A stretch of 19,900 nucleotides of DNA from Promethearchaeota archaeon (GTDB taxonomy: Archaea; Asgardarchaeota; Lokiarchaeia; Sigyniarchaeales; SOKP01), in contig JAHPZI010000027.1 of assembly GCA_019058295.1 (NCBI GenBank), positions 15,934-35,833 on the forward strand, written 5' to 3'. The notes beneath the pieces are model-generated. The model made no database searches. It saw nothing but the letters and a program-made list of their open reading frames with translations, and had not been told where the DNA came from. Shown piece by piece: positions 1 through 7,342 of this stretch (position 1 is the first letter of the stretch; each line of letters starts with the position of its first letter). The translations under genes were made by a program, and so were the position numbers.

Positions 1-2
1 AT

Positions 3-1289
3 ACAGTTGCTATTGGAAGAGATGCAAACTCTGGAACAAGGGAAGCTTTTGAAAAGCTCACTAACATAGGGGATAATAGTGCACCTTATTACTCCACTGG
101 CGCTGCTTATGATCAAGAGACTGCTTCTAATGGAGCCTTAAAAACGGCATTAGCGGGTAATGATTTTGCTGTTGGTTATTTAGTATGGTCTTCCAAAGAT
201 AGCTCTGTTGAATATGCTGATGTTGCTACTGAAGGTTATGGAGTAGGTTACACTGTTGAACCAACCTATGGAAGTATAAAATCGCTTGTATATCCAATGA
301 GTATTGGTCTTTATTTAGACTATAGTAACGAAACACTTCCAAATCATATAGAGACTTTTATAAATTTTACATTAAGCGATGATGGACAAAATATCGTTGA
401 AGAAAGTGGATATATACGCGCATATGATTTTTCTCCTTATACTTATACTTTTCCAATCTGTTATGATGATAATTATGAAGAAAATGATGAATTTACATCT
501 GCTTATAATTTCTCTCAATATGAAGAAACTTGGCTGCATAATATTGATGGATATGGTGTTCAGGTTGATTATGATTGGTATAAGATCTTGGTAAGCTCAG
601 GAGAAGAACAATTAATTGTTAAACTTATTTTTAATAATAGCGAAGGAAATTTAGATATTGGTATATATGATAATTCATTGGAACTTATTGATTATGGAAT
701 ATCTTCGACAGATAACGAAACTATTAATCATCTACTTCCATCAGATGGAATATATTATATTTATATTACAGGAAAAAACAATAAAACGAGATATGATTTA
801 TGGTGGCAATGTATAGATGTGAAAGTTCAAATACCTCCAAAAGCTTTTAATATGTTTACTGATGCCGACGATCCAGATACTGATGGAACATTCAACTTAA
901 CTTGGTCTAAATCTATCGGCGCGGATAATTACTCGGTATATCGATCTAATAATCAAATTTCAAATCTAAATGATTGTACCGAAATTAAGAGTAATATTAC
1001 TGATCTCAATTATACAGTCGTTGGGATGAATACTGGCACCCACTATTTTATAATTGTGGCTTATAATGCAACAGGATTTACTTTGTCAGATTATGTTCAG
1101 GTCAATGTTAGTATACCCGTAAGCCCATTGCCTCCTGTTCAAGGTGGAAGTGATGATGATGATGGAGGAAGTAGTGATACAAAGGAAATATCAGGATATA
1201 ATGTTTCTTTAATATCAATTACTATTATCTTAGTTTTGTTTAGTATAATTTATCTTGCAGTTAAAAAAAGAAGCTATAAAAAACATTAA
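3..1289 (+). CDS. 5'-truncated surface protein: PstS-like phosphate-binding domain + PPC-like domain + FN3-like domain + C-terminal membrane anchor (Loki-CTERM-like)
   Basis: The frame is open from base 3, not only from the ATG at 297. It reads TVAIGRDANSGTREAFEK...SNGALKTALAGNDFAVGY...YPMSIGLYL...FINFTLSDDGQNIVEESGYI (PstS-type motifs). Then come DYDWYKI...NLDIGIYD...GIYYIYITG (PPC-like), FNLTWS...YSVY...YFIIVAYN (FN3-like), an acidic linker, ISGY + TM helix and a basic tail. Confidence 0.8.
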   Translation, partial: TVAIGRDANSGTREAFEKLTNIGDNSAPYYSTGAAYDQETASNGALKTALAGNDFAVGYLVWSSKDSSVEYADVATEGYGVGYTVEPTYGSIKSLVYPMSIGLYLDYSNETLPNHIETFINFTLSDDGQNIVEESGYIRAYDFSPYTYTFPICYDDNYEENDEFTSAYNFSQYEETWLHNIDGYGVQVDYDWYKILVSSGEEQLIVKLIFNNSEGNLDIGIYDNSLELIDYGISSTDNETINHLLPSDGIYYIYITGKNNKTRYDLWWQCIDVKVQIPPKAFNMFTDADDPDTDGTFNLTWSKSIGADNYSVYRSNNQISNLNDCTEIKSNITDLNYTVVGMNTGTHYFIIVAYNATGFTLSDYVQVNVSIPVSPLPPVQGGSDDDDGGSSDTKEISGYNVSLISITIILVLFSIIYLAVKKRSYKKH

Positions 1290-1290
1290 G

Positions 1291-1315
1291 TTTTAATTCT
1301 TTTTTTTTTATTTTA
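1291..1315 (+). terminator. Oligo-T archaeal-type terminator
   Basis: A T-rich tract (ttttaattctttttttttta ttttt) starts immediately after the stop codon at 1289. Confidence 0.55.
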
Positions 1316-1320
1316 CTAAT

Positions 1321-1407
1321 TTAATTATCTATCGTTAACTCAAACAACGGTACTCTATCAGGTTCTTCCTGATTTAAAACCAAAAAAAGTCTCTCTCGAG
1401 CATCCAT
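1321..1407 (-). pseudogene. N-terminal remnant of a uroporphyrinogen decarboxylase/MtaA-CmuA family gene
   Basis: Reads MDARERLFLVLNQEEPDRVPLFELTIDN*, matching the M..RER....LN.EEPDRVP N-terminal signature of URO-D-family proteins. The ATG is 44 nt downstream of panE on the same strand. Confidence 0.7.
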
Positions 1408-1451
1408 AATACGATTAAAAATTTGTCTTTTTATTAAAAAATTTTAATTTT

Positions 1452-2483
1452 TTAGAGATTTTCATTGATTTTATTCCATACTTCTTCAATATCTAATGGT
1501 TGAAATGGTTTTTTATTAAATTGTATTTTGCACAGCTGATAAATCGTTTTTATAAAAGGGGCTTCAATTCCTAAAGAATCTGCTAACTTAATAAAATATC
1601 CATTTAAGGATTCTAATTCTGACTGATTTTTTTGCCGTAAAATCATATCTTGCATCATACTGTTAACACCGACCCGTTTCATGGTTTGTTTAAATAGCTC
1701 ATCAGCTTGATCATCCGGAGCCTTGATCAATATATCCAACATTTTCCAAGAAGGTAGACCTTTTAATTTATGTTCTTTATATCCTGCAGCTTGAATAATC
1801 TCTATACCTTCACCAAATAGACCTATTAGAACTTTCCTAAGCTTTGATATCGAAGTTATTTTGTCGTAATTGAAATTAATTAGCGTTAAAATAGAGTTCC
1901 CTAAGTTCATAATCATTTTTGAATGGGCGGCATCTTGTAATCTATTTGTTATTTTAACTGAAATACCAAGATTAAAAATTTGGCTTACTTTTTCCATGGT
2001 TAATTGTAAAGAATTATCGATAGTTCCAAGAATAATTTGTCCTATATCACGATATCCGAAGACCCCAGGCTCATCCCGCCAAGCAGAAAAAGCAATCACA
2101 CCATAAATTACTTTAGAAAAATATTTTGGGAGTATTTTTTGATTTTCAACACCATTCTGTAAAGCAATAATTATTGGTTTATCTCCTAATTTTAAAAAAA
2201 TATCCTTGGCCACTTCCTCGAGATCATAATTTTTCACTACAATTACTACAACATTCGCATTTGGCCTTTCGCTCATATCTTCAATGACATTTACACGAAT
2301 TGGTTCAGGATTATCGTTCACTTTATGATAAAGAGTCATACCTTTTGACTTCAAGACTTTTGCGTTTTCTCCCCGTGCCAATAAGTAAAGCTTATCATAG
2401 TGAGGAGTTAATAAACCGCCAATTGAAGCTCCAATAGCTCCAACTCCATAAATCACAATTTCATATTTATCTTTATCATCCAT
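1452..2483 (-). CDS. panE: 2-dehydropantoate 2-reductase (ketopantoate reductase, PanE/ApbA family)
   Basis: Rossmann motif IYGVGAIG, plus VKNYD, LQNG, catalytic K..N (SKMIMN), SMMQD and ELESLNG. Confidence 0.85.
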   Translation of the reverse strand: MDDKDKYEIVIYGVGAIGASIGGLLTPHYDKLYLLARGENAKVLKSKGMTLYHKVNDNPEPIRVNVIEDMSERPNANVVVIVVKNYDLEEVAKDIFLKLGDKPIIIALQNGVENQKILPKYFSKVIYGVIAFSAWRDEPGVFGYRDIGQIILGTIDNSLQLTMEKVSQIFNLGISVKITNRLQDAAHSKMIMNLGNSILTLINFNYDKITSISKLRKVLIGLFGEGIEIIQAAGYKEHKLKGLPSWKMLDILIKAPDDQADELFKQTMKRVGVNSMMQDMILRQKNQSELESLNGYFIKLADSLGIEAPFIKTIYQLCKIQFNKKPFQPLDIEEVWNKINENL

Positions 2484-2582
2484 CTTTCCATTTAGAAATA
2501 TTGTTTTATGATTATAAGACTATATAATTCAAAAGTCTAATGCTTTTTATATCTTAAAATTGTAATTCATAAAGTTTATACC

Positions 2583-3275
2583 TTGAGATTAATTATCTTT
2601 TATATAGTGATTAGTAATTTTAATATTTTTGTCAAAAAATTAACAAGTTCAGTAATAAATTTATTGAAATTAAATAAATGGCTGATAAATGTAATACCAG
2701 GCATTTTAGTAATCGGATTTTTCTATACTTTTACATTTATTTCACTTGCATTCTATCCATCCCCCTTTAGTCCTGTAAATAATTGGTTAAGCGATTTGGG
2801 AAACTCAAGTCATAATCCAGATGGCGCTTTTTTATATAATCTTGGTTGTATTTTAACTGGAAGCGCATTATTTCCATTTTATCTTGGTATGTACAAATTT
2901 TATAGAGAAGAGATTTATCATAAAATCGCAGTGATTAGTATTCAAATATTAGGGTTTTTTTCTGCATTTGCCTTAATTATGCTTGGGGTGTATTCTCAAG
3001 ATTTTTCAAACTCACATATGATTTGGGCTGGTGCTTTTTTTTGGTTAAATCTATGGGTTTTAATTTCGGCAAATATTGCTTTAATTTTTCATAAAGAGTT
3101 TATAAAACCTATCGCAATTTACGGTTGGAGTGTAGCTGGCATCAATTTTTTATTCGTAATTCTCACTGTATCTATGGTTAACACCCCATTACTCGAATGG
3201 ATTTCAGTTTCATCAGCACTCGGTTATGTGGCATTGATAATTTTCAATATATATAAAAATAGATCAGAGTTTTAA
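2583..3275 (+). CDS. DUF998-like multi-pass membrane protein (true start probably downstream, near 2664)
   Basis: WLSDLG motif after TM1, YNLGCILTG, a conserved His (SHMIWA) and about 6 hydrophobic helices. Paralogous to 15988..16689. Confidence 0.7.
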   Translation: MRLIIFYIVISNFNIFVKKLTSSVINLLKLNKWLINVIPGILVIGFFYTFTFISLAFYPSPFSPVNNWLSDLGNSSHNPDGAFLYNLGCILTGSALFPFYLGMYKFYREEIYHKIAVISIQILGFFSAFALIMLGVYSQDFSNSHMIWAGAFFWLNLWVLISANIALIFHKEFIKPIAIYGWSVAGINFLFVILTVSMVNTPLLEWISVSSALGYVALIIFNIYKNRSEF

Positions 3276-3436
3276 TTAATATGGAAGATTATGCTTAAAG
3301 CATAGATTATACATATCTTTATCCATCCTTTTTCTCGATATATCTTATTTTATGATTATAACACAATATATTTCATAAGTCTATTACTTTTTATATCCTA
3401 ATTTTGATAACTTCAAGCCGTCTAAGTTTTAATTTC

Positions 3437-3457
3437 AAAAAACGAAGCATTTAAATA
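3437..3457 (+). promoter_or_regulatory. Archaeal BRE/TATA promoter candidate of hsp20
   Basis: Purine-rich AAAAAACGAAG followed by TTTAAATA (3450-3457), about 90 nt upstream of the ATG at 3548. Confidence 0.55.
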
Positions 3458-3492
3458 GGTAGTTTTGTAATATTTTATTGATAATGTTTGGT

Positions 3493-3511
3493 TGTCAACC
3501 ATCGGTTGACA
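3493..3511. promoter_or_regulatory. Palindrome TGTCAACC-ATC-GGTTGACA upstream of hsp20 (operator or 5'UTR hairpin candidate)
   Basis: Perfect 8-bp inverted repeat between the TATA box and the RBS, GC-richer than its surroundings. Confidence 0.55.
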
Positions 3512-3547
3512 CTTACACAAAAAATAAAAATTATGGAGGTAAATATT

Positions 3548-4150
3548 ATGTCAGATATAAAAGAAGAAAAAACTGTCGAAATAAAAGAAAAAGAACCCAC
3601 TGATATTAAGGAAGAGGTAAGGACAGAAGAAACTCCTAAAGAGGAAAATAAAGAAGGAAAAATTGAATTAAGACGAAAATATCGACCATTATCATTGTTC
3701 AGAGGTACTGACAGATTTTTTAACGATATAACCAGATGGTTTGGTGATATATTTTGGAGCCCTTTTAGTTGGGATTTTGAGCCTTTTAGTTTGAAACTTT
3801 TTGACGAAGAAGATAGTTTCTTTAGAACGCCATTGTCTAATGTAACCGAAGATGAAGAGGGATTTCATTTAACAGCAGAATTACCCGGTTTAGATAAAGG
3901 TGATTTAGAGATTAAAATTCACGACGGAAGTTTAGAAATTAAAGGCGAGAAAAAGGAGGAGCATGAGGATAAGACAGATGGTTATGTAAGAAAAGAATAC
4001 AGTAGTTCGAGCTATTATAGAACCTTTAAATTGCCTGAAAATATCGACGAGGAAAAAATTGACGCTACTTTAGATAAGGGAGTTTTAAAATTAGACTTAC
4101 CAAAAAAGGAACTCGAAGAAAAGGAACCTAAAAAAATAGAAGTTAAATAA
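3548..4150 (+). CDS. hsp20: Small heat shock protein, Hsp20/alpha-crystallin family
   Basis: AELPGLDKGDL, LEIKGEK, YYRTFKLP and A.LDKGVL.L.LP motifs with a C-terminal IEV (IXI/V) motif. The start is placed at ATG 3548 because GGAGGT lies at 3535-3540. Confidence 0.93.
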   Translation: MSDIKEEKTVEIKEKEPTDIKEEVRTEETPKEENKEGKIELRRKYRPLSLFRGTDRFFNDITRWFGDIFWSPFSWDFEPFSLKLFDEEDSFFRTPLSNVTEDEEGFHLTAELPGLDKGDLEIKIHDGSLEIKGEKKEEHEDKTDGYVRKEYSSSSYYRTFKLPENIDEEKIDATLDKGVLKLDLPKKELEEKEPKKIEVK

Positions 4151-4160
4151 TCCTTATTCC

Positions 4161-4246
4161 TTAGGTATTTTTTTTATCTTTTTTTTATTTTTTACTACTT
4201 TTTTAAAATTAATTTATATTTAAAATTCTAATATTGCACCTTTAGA
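4161..4246. repeat. Copy 1 of duplicated segment (hsp20 T-rich terminator + last 9 codons of ilvD)
   Basis: Matches 5471..5566 with 4 substitutions and one 10-bp indel. Bases 4220-4246 on the minus strand encode SKGAILEF*. Confidence 0.9.
4167..4204 (+). terminator. Oligo-T terminator of hsp20
   Basis: Several T6-T8 runs starting 17 nt after the stop codon. Confidence 0.6.
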
Positions 4247-4337
4247 ATCCTCTTGAAATTTTTTATTGCTTTAAAATATTTCTCCCGTCGAGAGTTATCT
4301 GGCCCTAAAAAAGGTGTTGCCTCATAATCTTCAAAAT

Positions 4338-5375
4338 TTATCCTAAGCCAAAAAACGATAGCATCAATGGTAAAACTGATGTTGCAAAAGTTATTGCAAA
4401 TTTTTTCAGAGAGGTGGGATTATATGGCCAATCATTAATTTTATCCACTTCATAATAAAAATTATGGATTTTATCAATCTCATCAAAATCTAATATTTTT
4501 TGAGGATCATTAGGATCGATTTTTATTTTAGATAGTATTACAGATTTAACTGCTGATTTGTACCGAACTATTGCTTTGTGAATATGACTCGTGTTTTTGT
4601 ATAACAACAAAGTTAATAAACAAGATATTAATATTCCAAGAAAAATAGCTATATAACCTGCTAAGTACAATTTTTGTGTAAAAATTGATAGTAATCCTAA
4701 AATACTTAAAAGGGTTGATATTGCAATCATAGGAATAGATATGGAAATGATTAATTTACCTATAGACTCGAAAGCTCCTGTTTTTAATTCTTTGTAGGAA
4801 ATATTCAGAGGGAATTTTTTTGTTCCTAGTTTATTGAGACATTGGAAGGTAAAAATTATTAATATTAAAGCAGAGAAAGAAATTAAAGAGAGAATCATCA
4901 GAATTAATCCAATTATTATAAAATAAATATTCAGAAAAATTGATGAGCTACTCCACTCAATTTGTGCATAAAACAAGGTTCCAAAAAATAATCCAAATAC
5001 AAGAGGAATTATAAGTTCATATTTAGAATAAAATTTTGTTTTAACATGGTTTTTATAATCTATATACGATTGATTAGATTTAAATAGATTTTCATTTGAA
5101 AAAATTAATTCTTGGAAATCTTGGGGCAGTTTATTCCCAATATAAATAGTAAGAGCAAAAAGAACAAGAGCAACTGAATCAGCTAGTAAATTTAAAATAG
5201 ATTTAAAATAATTTTCGATTCCAATTATATATAATATAAAAAAGCCCAATTGGTAAAAATATAGAATAAGAAAAACATACTTTAAAGGTGTATCAAATTT
5301 TATTCTTTTTATCCAAAATTTTTTATCTGTCAAAAAAGTTGAGCTAATAAGCTCACTATCCCTTGAATTGCTCAT
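4338..5375 (-). CDS. Hypothetical multi-pass membrane protein
   Basis: 345 aa with about 7 hydrophobic segments and a C-terminal WPY...LKK-helix motif. No family recognised. Confidence 0.75.
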   Translation of the reverse strand: MSNSRDSELISSTFLTDKKFWIKRIKFDTPLKYVFLILYFYQLGFFILYIIGIENYFKSILNLLADSVALVLFALTIYIGNKLPQDFQELIFSNENLFKSNQSYIDYKNHVKTKFYSKYELIIPLVFGLFFGTLFYAQIEWSSSSIFLNIYFIIIGLILMILSLISFSALILIIFTFQCLNKLGTKKFPLNISYKELKTGAFESIGKLIISISIPMIAISTLLSILGLLSIFTQKLYLAGYIAIFLGILISCLLTLLLYKNTSHIHKAIVRYKSAVKSVILSKIKIDPNDPQKILDFDEIDKIHNFYYEVDKINDWPYNPTSLKKFAITFATSVLPLMLSFFGLG

Positions 5376-5449
5376 TATAATACATTTTTTTTTATAATTT
5401 AATATTGATGTTATTTTTTCAACTTTATTGTATATAAAGATTATTATCT

Positions 5450-5566
5450 ATTTCAAAAAACGAAGCATTTTTAGGTATTTTTTTTATCTTTTTTTTATTT
5501 TTTACTATTTTTTACTATTTTTTTAAAATTAATTTATTTTTAAAATTCTAAAATTGCGCCTTTAGA
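5450..5566. repeat. Copy 2: 21-bp hsp20 promoter piece (=3432..3452) fused to terminator/ilvD-end segment (=4161..4246)
   Basis: ATTTCAAAAAACGAAGCATTT is exact at 3432-3452 and 5450-5470. It is directly followed by TTAGGTATTT..., as at 4161. Confidence 0.9.
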
Positions 5567-7210
5567 TGAATCTGTAACCAACTTTCTATATTTTAATAAT
5601 ACTCTACTTTTAATGTCTCTTTCATATGGCTTCCAATTATTAAACCGTTCCTTAATTTCACCATCGGATACATTAAAATTAAGTGTTCTATTTGGAATGT
5701 CAATTTTTATAAGATCATCATCTTGAACAATTGCTATCGGTCCTGCCACATACGCTTCAGGGCATACATGACCTATGCAAGGACCTTGGGTAGCTCCTGA
5801 AAAGCGGCCATCCGTTATTAAGGCAACCTCATTCATATCATTTCTCAACATTAAATTCGTTGTTAAACCAACTAATTCAGGCATTCCAGGTCCTCCTTTC
5901 GGACCTTCATAGCGAACAACAATAACAGACCCATTTTTTATTTCACGTTTAGCAAAAGCATTGATTGCGTCAGTTTCAGAATTAAAACATTTAGCAGGCC
6001 CCTCAAATTGCAACATTTTCTTGTTAGTAACAGCAGATTGTTTTACAACTGCACATATAGGAGCTAAATTTCCCTTTAATATTACAGTTCCGCCCTCATG
6101 ATATACAGGGTTTTCTAATGGCCTAATAACCTTATCATCTAAAACGTTCACTCTTCGAATCAGTTTACCAATTGGTTTTTCAGAAACTGTCATACAATCT
6201 AAATTAAGATAATCCTTGATTCGGTTTAACACAGCAGGGATGCCACCAGCATTATATAGATCTACAACACCATATTCACCTGAAGGGGATACATTTACAA
6301 TCATAGGAATCTTTTTACTATACTCGTTAAATCTTTCTATATCAAAATCCAATCCCATTTCGTGTGCTATAGCAGGAATATGTAATGTAGCATTAGTTGA
6401 ACCACCTATAGCAGCATCAGCAATCATAACGTTTTCTAAAGATTTTTCAGTCATTATTTGCGAAGGTGTTATTCCTTTTTTAAGTAAATCCATAATTTTT
6501 CTTCCCGAATTCTTTGCAATTATATATTTCATGCGTGTAAATGCGGGAGTAGTAGCTGCGTTTGGGAGCGTCATTCCAAAAACTTCCATCAAGCATTGAG
6601 TTGTATTCGCAGTACCCATAAATTCGCAGGCCCCTGGAGTAGCACATGATATACATCTTGGTTTTTGTTTGAAATCATCGTAGCATTTTACATCTACTCC
6701 TTTATATTCAGGGGAAAATGCAACTTCAAATAGGTTTGGTCCTCCTGGCACGCAAATTGTAGGAATATCTAACCTTACAGCTGCCATCAGAACGGCGGGA
6801 TTAATTTTATCGCAACTCGAAAGAGTAACTATCGCATCAAGTCGATGTGCTTCAACCATGGCTTCAATAGAATCGGCAATTATTTCTCTCTGAGGAAGGA
6901 TAAAACGCATGCCTACATTTGCATTACCCCATCCATCACAAGGTGCAATAGTATTAAATTCGAGTGGAATGCCTCCTGCCTCAGCAATACCAAGTTTAAC
7001 TGCATCGGCTAAATAACGTAGATGCATATGCCCAGGGTTAATCTCGTTCCACGTATTCACAATTCCGATAAAAGGTTTATTATAAATCTCTTTTTCTTCT
7101 AAACCTAAACCACTAATAATTCCTAAAGTGGCATATACAAATGGTGTTTTTTTAATTGTTTCAAATAATTCATCGCTCCGTTTTTTCAAATTGACTTCTT
7201 CTTCGCTCAT
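5540..7210 (-). CDS. ilvD: Dihydroxy-acid dehydratase, IlvD/Edd family (Fe-S)
   Basis: PGHMHL, CDG, CDK, GAC..MGTANT, GGSTN, YEGPKGGPGMPE, LITDGRFSG and GHVCPEA motifs. Substrate (branched-chain vs sugar acid) cannot be determined from the sequence. Confidence 0.88.
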   Translation of the reverse strand: MSEEEVNLKKRSDELFETIKKTPFVYATLGIISGLGLEEKEIYNKPFIGIVNTWNEINPGHMHLRYLADAVKLGIAEAGGIPLEFNTIAPCDGWGNANVGMRFILPQREIIADSIEAMVEAHRLDAIVTLSSCDKINPAVLMAAVRLDIPTICVPGGPNLFEVAFSPEYKGVDVKCYDDFKQKPRCISCATPGACEFMGTANTTQCLMEVFGMTLPNAATTPAFTRMKYIIAKNSGRKIMDLLKKGITPSQIMTEKSLENVMIADAAIGGSTNATLHIPAIAHEMGLDFDIERFNEYSKKIPMIVNVSPSGEYGVVDLYNAGGIPAVLNRIKDYLNLDCMTVSEKPIGKLIRRVNVLDDKVIRPLENPVYHEGGTVILKGNLAPICAVVKQSAVTNKKMLQFEGPAKCFNSETDAINAFAKREIKNGSVIVVRYEGPKGGPGMPELVGLTTNLMLRNDMNEVALITDGRFSGATQGPCIGHVCPEAYVAGPIAIVQDDDLIKIDIPNRTLNFNVSDGEIKERFNNWKPYERDIKSRVLLKYRKLVTDSSKGAILEF

Positions 7211-7342
7211 ATTAATCTACATTCTAATTTTAAATTAAAATAAATTAAGCAATATTAATTTTAATATAAGATTTATATATTAAATAAGTAGATATATCAA
7301 TTATCTACTGTTAGAAAAAAATGAAAAATATAAACTAATTTT

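Noticed and set aside
1357-1373. Hairpin ATCAGG-TTCTT-CCTGAT
   Set aside because: Only 6 bp, and it is explained as coding sequence (QEEPD) of the URO-D-family remnant.
3290-3304. Palindrome TATGCTT-A-AAGCATA after the first DUF998 gene
   Set aside because: Short, AT-rich, single occurrence and not positioned at an evident promoter.
3488-3547. N-terminal extension of Hsp20 from TTG 3488
   Set aside because: A strong GGAGGT precedes ATG 3548, and the extension overlaps the palindrome and probable 5'UTR.
4247-5470. IS element or transposon
   Set aside because: There is no transposase or terminal inverted repeat, and the flanking repeats are host terminator and gene-end sequence.
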